A program made the translations under genes and the position numbers. Shown here one piece after another: positions 1-9,451 of a stretch of 64,000 nucleotides of DNA (position 1 is its first letter; each line of letters opens with the position of its first letter). This DNA comes from a virus. Lineage: Duplodnaviria > Caudoviricetes. The notes beneath the pieces were generated by a model. The model was given only the letters and a program-made list of their open reading frames with translations, searched no databases and was not told the origin of the DNA. The stretch covers positions 9,127 to 73,126 of the IMG/VR virus record IMGVR_UViG_3300014204_000172. One strand, written 5' to 3'.

Positions 1-478
1 TATTCCAAATTGATTCATCTGTTATTTGGAATCCTCCCCACCATCCAATAGGAATTAAACCTTGCGGTATATTCATGGCTATCTGTTTTTCTATAGTCCA
101 GCACATGGATTCAATACATTTGCCGATTATCTTTTTGTTTGACTCATGCATGACTCCTGAATCTCGATACTTTAAAACATAGGTATAAGCCATTTTTTCT
201 AGTTCTGATTCATCTATAGCATCTTGCTGGTGGTCAACAAGCTGTTTTAATACCCATTTTCCATTTTCTTGTTCCCAGTCTGCACTAACTAAAAACCATC
301 CAAATACCTGTTTTTTATCTTCATAAGCTTTACTGATGGTAAATATTGATTTACTAACTGGTTTATCTTTTTTATCTTTATCATTAGTTGTTTTTGGATT
401 AATTCTCTTTAATTCTTTACCTCTTAACCATTGTCTATTTTCTATATCCATGTCTAAAGGTATTAATATTTTTGTCAT
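1..478 (-). CDS. XkdF-like putative prohead serine protease (partial; 3' end runs off the window)
   Basis: Translated by hand from ATG at 478: MTKILIPLDMDIENRQW...ISKAYEDKKQVFGWFLVS...LVDHQQDAIESELEKMAYTYVLKYRDSGVMHE...CIESMCWTIEKQIAMNIPQGLIPIGWWGGFQITDESIW. The VFGW, DHQ-D, G-MH and GWWxGF pattern is typical of XkdF-like proteases, and the gene lies downstream of portal and MuF. Confidence 0.8.
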   Translation of the reverse strand, partial: MTKILIPLDMDIENRQWLRGKELKRINPKTTNDKDKKDKPVSKSIFTISKAYEDKKQVFGWFLVSADWEQENGKWVLKQLVDHQQDAIDESELEKMAYTYVLKYRDSGVMHESNKKIIGKCIESMCWTIEKQIAMNIPQGLIPIGWWGGFQITDESIWN

Positions 479-2878
479 TTAAGATAATTCCCTCTTTAAT
501 TGGACTTCATCTTTACTTATTTTTAATGTATTATTTTTGCTTCCTACAATATATTCGTATTCTTCATCACCACCAAATAAGAAATCAGAAGTTCTTAAAT
601 AAGGCGTTGTTTCATGGTTAAGTAATATATCTTCCAAAGGTATTTCTTTAATGATTACAATTCCCTTCTTATTCGCGAATCTTTCTGCAACCCCAAGATC
701 GCTAGTCCATGAAGAAACTGGATAGGTAGCTATTTCTATCTCATTTTCTTTTTTTAATAAATCTTTAATCTTATTGGCATATTCACCTTGGATCCCACGA
801 TATAATTTAATTTTACCGTCAATTGCTCTGTCTTTTAAAATACGTTGCGTTTCCTGTACTTGTCCTAAAAAGCTATTAATTGTTTCTTGGGAATAAAACT
901 GGACTCTTTTCATATTCATATTAATATCGTACATCTTTTCATACCATTCTTTTTCTATTAATTCTTGCTTACATCTATCAATAATAGTTTTTTCCCAGTT
1001 AGCCAATTCTTTTGCATGCCCTTCTTTATTGACTAAATCTTCTACTTGATTAATTTCCTCTAATAATGTTTTTTTTCTATCTTCCCATCTTGTCTGCATT
1101 TTAATATCAGCAGGACTTATTTCTCCTTTGTAGTAAGCTATTGCCATGGTTCTTAATGGATTTGGATCGCTAGGCATTGGTCCTTTATAATAAGCCATCA
1201 TTTGTGCTAAGGAACCAGTTTCTTCTTCATTGGGAGCAGCCGATCTAAAACTACCTACTTCATATTTACTCTCACTCAAATAGGAATACATATCATTAAT
1301 TAATTGTTGCACTTCCGGGACTTCTTCTATAGTTCTTCCTATCCATTCATCTTTTCCAGACATAATCGTATTTTCTTTTAATTTATTTCCTTCAAATTCT
1401 GTACCAGTAAATATTGATAATGCATCTTTACCTTCTTTAATGGGAACTATTTCGGTAGATAAACCTCGACCTTCAACGGCTAATATTATTTTTTGATTGT
1501 ATTCTTTTCTGTAATCTTCAAATCTTTCATTCTCCCTATCTATATGTCGTTTATAATAATCAATATTGAATGGTGCTTCTTTTTTTTCTTGATCTGTTCC
1601 ATTCTTTAGTAATTCTTCCTGCTTTCTTATTTCTTCATTTGCATATTTAATTTGATTATCACGCCAATCCTTTTTGGATGTATAATCCCATGATTTTTCA
1701 AAGGGAAACAATTCTAATACTTTATTTCGACCCATCATGATTAATTGTTTTCCTTCTGATGTATGAGTTGTTTTTTTGGAATTATCGGATGTTTCTTTAT
1801 TTGATGAGCCACTATTACTAGAATCTCCACTACAGAATTGACCACCATTACTTTGTCCTGCTTCTTCGTGGCAGGTGTTGAATTTGGATACATTTTCATT
1901 AGGCTGTAGGATTACTTTATAAATTTTACCTTCTGTTTCATCTATTTGATTAATATCTTTAATTGGTTTTCCTTTAATTTCTTTATCCATGGAAGTGTAA
2001 TAGTCTTTTATATCATATTCTTGTATTTCCTTTAATTTAAATTCCTGACCACCTTTTATTAATATCTCTGAAAAAGAATCCTTACCAAAACTTGTTATAG
2101 GTATACTTTTCGTTACTCCTTGAGTTTCAAAAACTATTCTTACTTCGTTCTTTTTATCCGTATAACTTTCAGTAAATTCTTTAGCTTTTCCCCAATCAGT
2201 AGTCCAAGAAGATAAGCCATTCTGCCCTACTGGTTTATCGTTTAAAAGGCTTAAAATTAAATTCTTTCCATCATCCTCTTCTAAATAAATTCCTCTAAAT
2301 ATTGGTATGTCCTGTTGAAAGATTACTCCTTTTTCAAATAGGCTATTTATAATTTCATCTTCTCTTTTTACTGTTTCGTATATTTCTTTGCTAGCCATGC
2401 TTACTGTTTCTTTTCCGTTATAAGTTGTTTTGTATGTATAATCTTTTGCTTCTATTGTTTTTTTATATAAATCATAATTTCCATTGACTTGTTCATAAAC
2501 TCTAATAGCTGAACAAAAATTGTAATCAGCCCAATCATTCATGGTCTTTGTTATTTCTTTCCATTGTTTATCTGTATATTTTTCTCCATGCGTTTCTAAA
2601 GCTTTTCTAAATTCATTTCTTTCTACATCATATTCTTTGCTATTGTTAAATTGGGCTTTAATATTTTTTGATGGTACATTCCGTCTAGGTAGACCATATT
2701 CAATTAATTTAGGAGATTTATCGTTTTTTAAATTTCCATTACTGCTATCTGAATCATCTGAACAGAATTTTCCGTCTTCTGGACTATGACATTCATTGAA
2801 TTTAAAAATGAATAAATCATTTAAAGATTTTTTAAATGTTCTCGGTTTTTTTAAATATCTATCAAATGTTTTAATCAT
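479..2878 (-). CDS. Head-module protein with two ADP-ribosyltransferase-like (R-S-E) domains
   Basis: Domain 1: IFRGIY...GLSSWTTD...DSFSEILI. Domain 2: LYRGIQ...PVSSWTSD...DEEYEYIV. Each is preceded by a KFNxCH..G(K/Q)FCS motif. The gene lies between MuF and the protease. Confidence 0.7.
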   Translation of the reverse strand: MIKTFDRYLKKPRTFKKSLNDLFIFKFNECHSPEDGKFCSDDSDSSNGNLKNDKSPKLIEYGLPRRNVPSKNIKAQFNNSKEYDVERNEFRKALETHGEKYTDKQWKEITKTMNDWADYNFCSAIRVYEQVNGNYDLYKKTIEAKDYTYKTTYNGKETVSMASKEIYETVKREDEIINSLFEKGVIFQQDIPIFRGIYLEEDDGKNLILSLLNDKPVGQNGLSSWTTDWGKAKEFTESYTDKKNEVRIVFETQGVTKSIPITSFGKDSFSEILIKGGQEFKLKEIQEYDIKDYYTSMDKEIKGKPIKDINQIDETEGKIYKVILQPNENVSKFNTCHEEAGQSNGGQFCSGDSSNSGSSNKETSDNSKKTTHTSEGKQLIMMGRNKVLELFPFEKSWDYTSKKDWRDNQIKYANEEIRKQEELLKNGTDQEKKEAPFNIDYYKRHIDRENERFEDYRKEYNQKIILAVEGRGLSTEIVPIKEGKDALSIFTGTEFEGNKLKENTIMSGKDEWIGRTIEEVPEVQQLINDMYSYLSESKYEVGSFRSAAPNEEETGSLAQMMAYYKGPMPSDPNPLRTMAIAYYKGEISPADIKMQTRWEDRKKTLLEEINQVEDLVNKEGHAKELANWEKTIIDRCKQELIEKEWYEKMYDINMNMKRVQFYSQETINSFLGQVQETQRILKDRAIDGKIKLYRGIQGEYANKIKDLLKKENEIEIATYPVSSWTSDLGVAERFANKKGIVIIKEIPLEDILLNHETTPYLRTSDFLFGGDEEYEYIVGSKNNTLKISKDEVQLKRELS

Positions 2879-2980
2879 TATTCCATTTTACTCTTTTTTT
2901 CTGCTTTTTACTCATTTTTGAAAATACTCATTAATGCTGAATAAAATGATGGTAGACCACCGGGAGAACATTCGAGATAG

Positions 2981-3151
2981 TTACGATTTTTCGTTTGTAA
3001 CTCCTTGTAACAATAATGGTTCACTTTCAATTACTCTAGCTGATCCTTCTGGAATAGTAGAATCTTCTTTTTTTAAATCATTGAGAACTGAAACAAAGGT
3101 AAAATATTTTAAAATCATATCCATATAGTTGTTTACTTTTTTATTATCCAT
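2981..3151 (-). CDS. Small hypothetical protein (56 aa)
   Basis: Translated by hand: MDNKKVNNYMDMILKYFTF...GVTNEKS. It fills the gap after MuF and is below the ORF-track cut-off. Confidence 0.45.
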   Translation of the reverse strand: MDNKKVNNYMDMILKYFTFVSVLNDLKKEDSTIPEGSARVIESEPLLLQGVTNEKS

Positions 3152-3157
3152 GGTTAG

Positions 3158-4021
3158 TTATACCTCGTTGAATCCACATAAGCATCGACAATTTGGATGG
3201 CTCAACGAAGGAATAGTTATCATCCGTCCATCCGGGAGTACAAATAAATCATTTAAACCAATTCTTGTACCTTCCATTTCTCCGCAAATAGGGCATACCC
3301 TTTCATCTAAAGCAGTTAGCCATTCCTTCTCTAAATTACCAATTAAATTTTGTTTCTGTCCTTCTCTGACTGAATACTCTGCGCCTGTATTGTAAGCATT
3401 CGCAAGTTCTGTTCTGGCTATGGTGTTAGCTCGTTGTCTGTGTTTTCCTTGGGCGTATCTGATAGTAAGATTTAATGCTTTGTCTTTGTTGTAATTGTCT
3501 TTGATTAGTGATTCATAATAAGTCATTACTGACTGGCTCTGTTTATTGGTTAAACCGATAACCGGTCTGATTAAATATTGTAATTGGTCAGGATGCATGG
3601 CTTTGTCTTGACTAATCGTAGAACCAATAATAGTTTTTAGTGCTTCTGTTTGCATACTCGTCATATCTCTGACTAATTGAACGCCTTTACTATCTACCCA
3701 TTGTTTAGCACCTATCCAATCCTCAATCCAATTACGTCTGAATCCCTGTTGCGTATTGGTCATGGCTTGGCTAATCGTCTGAGCTAATAAAGGTTGAAAA
3801 TGAGTTACTACTAGCTGAGAGTAATTCATTCTCCATTGATTGACTATTTTTTCAGCGATGGTTCCAACTAAAAAAGCCTGTGCTATTTCTTTATAGCTAA
3901 TTTCATTTTGCTGTAAGTTCCAGAAGGTAGTTAATAATCGAACCAGTTTTGGTTCTTTACTATCCAAGTAATTTATCATTCTTGAATGTAAAGCTAAATT
4001 TCGTTGAGAAATGCGAGGCAT
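3158..4021 (-). CDS. Phage head morphogenesis protein, MuF/SPP1 gp7 family
   Basis: RANTIARTELANAYNTG, KEWLTALDERVCPIC and HPNCRC motifs; directly after the portal. Confidence 0.92.
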   Translation of the reverse strand: MPRISQRNLALHSRMINYLDSKEPKLVRLLTTFWNLQQNEISYKEIAQAFLVGTIAEKIVNQWRMNYSQLVVTHFQPLLAQTISQAMTNTQQGFRRNWIEDWIGAKQWVDSKGVQLVRDMTSMQTEALKTIIGSTISQDKAMHPDQLQYLIRPVIGLTNKQSQSVMTYYESLIKDNYNKDKALNLTIRYAQGKHRQRANTIARTELANAYNTGAEYSVREGQKQNLIGNLEKEWLTALDERVCPICGEMEGTRIGLNDLFVLPDGRMITIPSLSHPNCRCLCGFNEV

Positions 4022-5563
4022 TTAGATTCTCAAATAGCTACCGAATGTTGAGTATCTTTTCTTTATTTCCGGCTGTTTTTGATTTGCTTTTGGATTGTTT
4101 TTATCTTTTAAGGATTGAAAGAATTTAGCATTATCATTGGTTTTTTGATTTAGTTGCTGTTCTTGTAGTTTAGCTTTATTGTTTAAATCATTAATCGCTG
4201 TCTGCTGTTCTTCTTTCTGTTGAGCTACCTGCTGTTCGTATGTTTCATCTTCTTTAGGTAATCCTGAAATCATCTTCGCCCATTGTTCCAATTTAGGACC
4301 GGGAATAATAACCCCGGAAGCAATCATCGAAGAGATCCAGCTAGCCAATTCATTTAAATCAGGAACCTCAACATCTCCATGGATAATTTTAGGGTAACCA
4401 GTAATACCAGTAAAATGTCTTTCATTTAACTTGAATAAATCCGGTACAGCTTGGCTATTCATGGTCTGACAAATGATATCTAAATAAGCACCTATAGCTA
4501 CTCCGAATGTATTAGTTTTGGATGATGCTAATGCATAAGAGCCTACCTGCTGGTGACCTAAAAGGATCATATCAGCAAATCCATTCATGGCTATTCTCGT
4601 ATCATATCTCTGAATGATTTTATCAGTATCAATTTGTTTAGAGCCACCAGAACTCATTAAAGAAAGAACCCATCCAAAAGGTATAACGATTCCCTCTACC
4701 TTATCTCGTCTGATATTTTGTACAATTGACTTAGCGTTATTTAAAAAAGATACCATTTTAGGATCTTTGGTATCCCAGATATTTGTACCTTCCGGGGCTT
4801 GTAATAATGGTAAACCAGCTAAATCTCGTTCAATACCGATTCCTTCAATAATCTTTAGGTTTTTTTTGTAGTAATAACTTTCATAAGCTCCACGCCAAAT
4901 AGAACGACCCTCTGGATTGTCTTTGATGGATGTAGTACGAAAATGAATAGCTTTGCTTAATGGTATTGTTTTTAATTCATAACTAGGCGGTGGCATTTGT
5001 GTCATTCCCAATAATTCATCGGAAGACTCATCGATAACCCATTCATATAAGGAATCCTGACTACGTATAGGTAGTTTTCTCCAACCGATTAATCCATCAT
5101 CAAATTTAGATCTCATTCGTAAATCAGGATGATCGCCTCTTCTTAGTTTGTATACTTTTTCGTGATAACTAAATCCGTAATCTAAGAAGGATAAAGCCTC
5201 AGCAATAAAATCAATGAATGTTTTATTTAAATCATCCATGCAATCTTTAAGGAATTGTGCTGCTTCCATATCTATTGGATCTTCACTAGCTGGTTCAACA
5301 TCGAATGTAGCTTGTCTAATCATCAGTTCAATTAAGCGATCGACAGCAAAGACAACATCGTCATTATTGGTCATTTCCTTATAAGTTCTGACACCTTTAC
5401 GCCCTTTTAGTTCTTCTAGGAATTCTTCAAAGAATACTCCGGCGTATCTAAATTGACCTACTGCTCCTAATTCCTGATAAACACTATAGCGTTCTCTTTC
5501 ATCTTTAGCTTCGGTAGCATTCATAGGATTTAAAGTAGCGTTACTCGTCGTATCGTCTGGCAT
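4022..5563 (-). CDS. Portal protein
   Basis: 513 aa, between terL and MuF; GYSxHEKVY-like motif, NPEGRSIWRGAY, IEGIGIERDLAGLP and GSYALASSK, typical of this portal family. Confidence 0.9.
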   Translation of the reverse strand: MPDDTTSNATLNPMNATEAKDERERYSVYQELGAVGQFRYAGVFFEEFLEELKGRKGVRTYKEMTNNDDVVFAVDRLIELMIRQATFDVEPASEDPIDMEAAQFLKDCMDDLNKTFIDFIAEALSFLDYGFSYHEKVYKLRRGDHPDLRMRSKFDDGLIGWRKLPIRSQDSLYEWVIDESSDELLGMTQMPPPSYELKTIPLSKAIHFRTTSIKDNPEGRSIWRGAYESYYYKKNLKIIEGIGIERDLAGLPLLQAPEGTNIWDTKDPKMVSFLNNAKSIVQNIRRDKVEGIVIPFGWVLSLMSSGGSKQIDTDKIIQRYDTRIAMNGFADMILLGHQQVGSYALASSKTNTFGVAIGAYLDIICQTMNSQAVPDLFKLNERHFTGITGYPKIIHGDVEVPDLNELASWISSMIASGVIIPGPKLEQWAKMISGLPKEDETYEQQVAQQKEEQQTAINDLNNKAKLQEQQLNQKTNDNAKFFQSLKDKNNPKANQKQPEIKKRYSTFGSYLRI

Positions 5564-5566
5564 ATT

Positions 5567-7057
5567 TTACCCACCTTTCCAATATGAATTCTTTTCTATG
5601 GCTGTAGGCATCTCTTCATCACTCTTTTCTGGTTTCATGCAATATATTATACCTAGGCTCATAGCATCCACAATATCTTTTAATATCATTTTAGGGAAAC
5701 CTAATAATTGATTTTTAAAATCTTCTACCCATGGTTGATGTAAAGAAGGATCAGGTAAAAGAATATTGCCGGATAACCAATAACCAGTAGTAGCCCTAGC
5801 TCTTTCCTCTTTGCTTCCCTTAGGTTTAACTAAAATAATCCCCGGAATTGTTTTATGTAAGGTATCTGAAACGGATTGAGCAGCAGCAGCATCTTCTACA
5901 ATCTTTTTTCTGACTTCAATATACTTGTCGTGAATACTCCTGAATTCATTACAAATATCGGTGAATGCCATTTTACGATGAACCAAGTCAATGATATATA
6001 CCATCATTCCATCCTGAGCTGCAATAATACAAGCACATTCCGCCGTATTTTCTCCCTTTTTAAATGGCATATCCCAGAAAGAGAACCATTCAGCAGATTC
6101 AGGAACAGCATCGAAATAATGGGTAAACATTTCCTGTTTGAATATGATACCTTCAGCCGGTGTCGGATTCTGTTGGAATTGAGCTGAAAAGTATTGAGGA
6201 CCCATGTTGACCCACATCTTGTCTAATGTCTTTTGGCTTAATCGAATAGGATCCAATAAATCATCTTTTTCTCTTATCTTATACGTCTTACTTATAGGAA
6301 AATAGATGGTTTGTCTTTCCTCAGCTTTAGCAGGTAAGATTAATTTATCCCATCCTAACTCATTGATAAAATGGTTTGCAGCATCCGCCTCATGTAAGCG
6401 TTGCATAATACATATCATGTTTCCGGTTTCCTGATCGTTTAATCGTGTTGCCAAAGTGTTTTTAAAAAATGTTATAACATTCTCTCTGACTGTTTCTGAA
6501 AATGCTTCATCCGGTTTCTGTGGATCATCAATAATAATACAATCTCCACCTTCTCCTGTTAACATACCACCAATGGATGTAGCAAACATAAATCCTGAAT
6601 CTAAGTTTTCAAACATTTCTTTCTGGTTTGTATCATGGCTCAGTATAACTTTCCAGTAGTTCTGGTACCATTTGGAATTAATTAACTTTCTAGCGATAAC
6701 ATTATGTTTGGTTGATAGTCTATAGCTATAAGAAACTTTGATAAATCGTTTCCATGGTTTAGTAGTCCAAACCCATGAAGGATAAGCAACAGCTACCGAT
6801 AACGATTTAGTGGATCGAGGCGGTACATTAATAACTAAATTTTGTATCTGTCCTCGTTCAATGGCTGTTAAGTATTCACAGATAGCATCTAAATGCCAGT
6901 TCCATATAAAGCTTCTTTTCGATTCGTAATTACCCCATGATGCCTTTAGAAATTCAGCTAAGTTTCTTTCGTAAACTGCTTTTTCTAAACAATAATCATG
7001 AAGTTTTGGATTTTTTGGCTTTTTCGTTAATTCGTTGGTAAGTAAGTAATTCGTCAT
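5567..7057 (-). CDS. terL: Terminase large subunit
   Basis: INVPPRSTKS (Walker A-like), IIIDDPQK (Walker B), QRLHEAD, YFSAQFQQNP and DIVDAMS nuclease motif. The start is more likely the ATG at 7057 than 7099. Confidence 0.93.
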   Translation of the reverse strand: MTNYLLTNELTKKPKNPKLHDYCLEKAVYERNLAEFLKASWGNYESKRSFIWNWHLDAICEYLTAIERGQIQNLVINVPPRSTKSLSVAVAYPSWVWTTKPWKRFIKVSYSYRLSTKHNVIARKLINSKWYQNYWKVILSHDTNQKEMFENLDSGFMFATSIGGMLTGEGGDCIIIDDPQKPDEAFSETVRENVITFFKNTLATRLNDQETGNMICIMQRLHEADAANHFINELGWDKLILPAKAEERQTIYFPISKTYKIREKDDLLDPIRLSQKTLDKMWVNMGPQYFSAQFQQNPTPAEGIIFKQEMFTHYFDAVPESAEWFSFWDMPFKKGENTAECACIIAAQDGMMVYIIDLVHRKMAFTDICNEFRSIHDKYIEVRKKIVEDAAAAQSVSDTLHKTIPGIILVKPKGSKEERARATTGYWLSGNILLPDPSLHQPWVEDFKNQLLGFPKMILKDIVDAMSLGIIYCMKPEKSDEEMPTAIEKNSYWKGG

Positions 7058-7571
7058 CGGTGAGGTTTGAGAAATCATAGACCTCCTCTGAATCTTCATT
7101 AAGCTTTTGTATGTTTGTAACGTCCTGAGTCAATATGGTCTGTTTTGATTTTTCCATCCATTTGTCCGGCGCTCTGTTTGCTAAAAGCATTTTAATAGCA
7201 AATGCAGAAGGTGGCATCTTTTTTTTATGTACCACTTTATTCATGATTGTTTGTTTCATCTCAACAACTACACCGTTTTGATCTACTTTGATTGGTACTA
7301 TTTTGTAACTAATGTCTTCCTCTTCATATTCATAACCGTTAGCTAGTTTATATAGGGAATCTTCTGTGGTTTTTACCTTGTATCCAATAGATTTAGCCCT
7401 GCCCTTAGATAAGGCATCTTTTAATTCCTGTTTGTCAGGATCTTTTAGCCATAAATGCCATGTATTATGACCAATATTCAAATGTGCTCTTATTTCCTTA
7501 TCCGTTTTTTCTTCTTCCGCTAATTGCTCTATTAGTGGTAATTTAGATTTAACGAATTCCCATTTTGCCAT
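6996..7571 (-). CDS. terS: Terminase small subunit
   Basis: N-terminal HTH, then LYKLANGYEYEE...KKMPPSAFAIKMLLANRAPDKW; immediately upstream of terL. Confidence 0.8.
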   Translation of the reverse strand: MAKWEFVKSKLPLIEQLAEEEKTDKEIRAHLNIGHNTWHLWLKDPDKQELKDALSKGRAKSIGYKVKTTEDSLYKLANGYEYEEEDISYKIVPIKVDQNGVVVEMKQTIMNKVVHKKKMPPSAFAIKMLLANRAPDKWMEKSKQTILTQDVTNIQKLNEDSEEVYDFSNLTDDELLTYQRINEKAKKSKTS

Positions 7572-7619
7572 TTAAAATTCCTTTTTTATCCTTTGCTATT
7601 TGGAATCAAACATAACTTG

Positions 7620-8327
7620 CTATTTTACCCAATGCTGACTACTTAAAAATAACTTATTGGTGTAATTAGTAACTTTACCATTCTTTCTAGTTAATGTAGC
7701 TATATTGTATTCTTCGTTAGCAATACCTTTCTTTAATCCATAATAACTTTCTTTTATCCATGAAGTAGAATCTACGGAACTAAAATTGTTTTTAGTCATA
7801 ATAGCTAAAGAAGTCATAGCTAATCCATGAATCTTTACATTCTTCTTGTTAGCCATATTGACAAAATAGGGAGCATCTTCTTTTTTAGTTCTAGCTATAG
7901 CTACATAGGGATAATGTTTAATCATAAATTCAAAGTATGGTAAACCCCGGCATGGATGCCAGACAACAATAGGCGGTCTTCCTATTCTCTTGGTCATATA
8001 ATCTCGCCATGATTCCACTTGGGTTAATCCTACCAAATTCTCAATGTCAAATTCGATATATTCATCAATGAACGATTCGTGTCTAATAATGAAATCTATA
8101 TATCGTTCTATATAGTCATGGTAATTCATTCTTTTTTTTTGGCTTCTCTTTTGGTAAGTAAATGCTCCCGAATCTAAAATAAAGAATTCACATACTTTGC
8201 TTATATCTGGAATAACCTTTTCCAGTTTTTCGGATTGAGCGAATGTCGATAACCAATATTTACATTTGCTATTAATTAATACCGAATGATGGATCATTTC
8301 TTCTCCGCCAGCTAAACATAGTTTCAT
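7620..8327 (-). CDS. tRNA-guanine transglycosylase-like (DpdA-like) base-exchange enzyme
   Basis: FILDSGAFTY, IVVWH, KIHGLAMT and SSVDSTSW motifs of the TGT/DpdA TIM barrel; at the end of a queD-queE-folE-queC cluster. Confidence 0.78.
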   Translation of the reverse strand: MKLCLAGGEEMIHHSVLINSKCKYWLSTFAQSEKLEKVIPDISKVCEFFILDSGAFTYQKRSQKKRMNYHDYIERYIDFIIRHESFIDEYIEFDIENLVGLTQVESWRDYMTKRIGRPPIVVWHPCRGLPYFEFMIKHYPYVAIARTKKEDAPYFVNMANKKNVKIHGLAMTSLAIMTKNNFSSVDSTSWIKESYYGLKKGIANEEYNIATLTRKNGKVTNYTNKLFLSSQHWVK

Positions 8328-8352
8328 TTAATTATTAACCATCCAATTTAAT

Positions 8353-8916
8353 TTATAAATTCTTAGTCGTAACTTTAATTGATTTATCTTTCATGGCTAC
8401 TAATACCATATCCAATTCTTCTTTGTCTTTGCATTGAACCAATATGTCAAATTTATTGGTAGTATTAGCCATTTCTGCATCTTCCAATTCTGCGTTTTCT
8501 ATTTCTGTGGTAAATATGACTATTTCTCTATCCGAAAATCCAGTTAATAGTAAATCATCTTTATCGATTGATATTAAAATAGTTTTCAATTTGTCTATAT
8601 CCCAGTATCCCTCTATTCTATTTAAAGCTATATTGAGTGCTTTTTCTTTGCTAATCGTTAAATTCTCAACTAATATGCATGGGATTTTAGTATCTGGTTT
8701 TTCTATATATATTTCCTTTAAAACTGATAATCTTTGATTTCCACCAATAACTATATTGTCTATGTTAATTACCAAAGGTTCCACTAAATCAAAATTAAGC
8801 AAGCTATCTTTCAATTGTTTGCGAGTATCAACAGTCAATACTCTAGGATTATTCTCAAATGGGATTAATTCGCTCAACAATCTCTCAGTAAATTTAGGTT
8901 CTTTGTTTGTATTCAT
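8353..8916 (-). CDS. ParB/Srx N-terminal domain protein (paralog 1)
   Basis: FENNPR, VEPLVIN, IGGNQR and ALNIALNRIEGYWD motifs. Confidence 0.82.
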   Translation of the reverse strand: MNTNKEPKFTERLLSELIPFENNPRVLTVDTRKQLKDSLLNFDLVEPLVINIDNIVIGGNQRLSVLKEIYIEKPDTKIPCILVENLTISKEKALNIALNRIEGYWDIDKLKTILISIDKDDLLLTGFSDREIVIFTTEIENAELEDAEMANTTNKFDILVQCKDKEELDMVLVAMKDKSIKVTTKNL

Positions 8917-9431
8917 TTATAGCTAATCCCCTTTTCTGATAAATAATCCATCACTTCTTTTTTCTGTTTTTCATTGATACAATGGATAACCAAATCAAAG
9001 CTGAAATTCTCCATTACGTTTGGTAAATTATCGGTAGTTGAATTATTCATAAAGATTGTTAATTCTTGGTCTGAAAATCCAGTTAGCGTTAAATCTAATC
9101 TATCGATAGTCAATATCATGTCTTTTAATTTTGAAACATCCCATACTCCCTCAATCCTGTTTAATGCTATATTTAAGGCTCTTTCTTTTGAAGATGTTAA
9201 GTAGTCAATATAAATGCAATCTAATGAATAATCTAATCCATATAGCTCAATTAAAACTGTAAATCGTTGGTTGCCACCCAATACTTCATTTTTTTTGTTA
9301 ATTACTAATGGTTCAACAATTCCAAATTCTTCAATACTTGCTTTTAATTTGTCAAACATAAATTGCGGAAACACTCTTGGATTGTTTTCAAAACTCTTTA
9401 ACTCTTTTAACTGCCTTTTTACATATTTCAT
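8913..9431 (-). CDS. ParB/Srx N-terminal domain protein (paralog 2)
   Basis: FENNPR, VEPLVIN, LGGNQR and ALNIALNRIEGVWD motifs; tandem duplicate of 8353..8916. Confidence 0.82.
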   Translation of the reverse strand: MKYVKRQLKELKSFENNPRVFPQFMFDKLKASIEEFGIVEPLVINKKNEVLGGNQRFTVLIELYGLDYSLDCIYIDYLTSSKERALNIALNRIEGVWDVSKLKDMILTIDRLDLTLTGFSDQELTIFMNNSTTDNLPNVMENFSFDLVIHCINEKQKKEVMDYLSEKGISYK

Positions 9432-9451
9432 GTATGCCTCTTTTTTTTAAA

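Noticed and set aside
2890-2995. Possible ACG-start microORF (ACGAAAAATCGTAAC...GAGTAA) after an AAGGAG just upstream of the ART gene
   Set aside because: It is very short, has a non-canonical start and no supporting motif, so it cannot be distinguished from chance.
7058-7099. N-terminal extension of terL given in the ORF track
   Set aside because: It overlaps terS more deeply than needed; the ATG at 7057 is the more plausible start.
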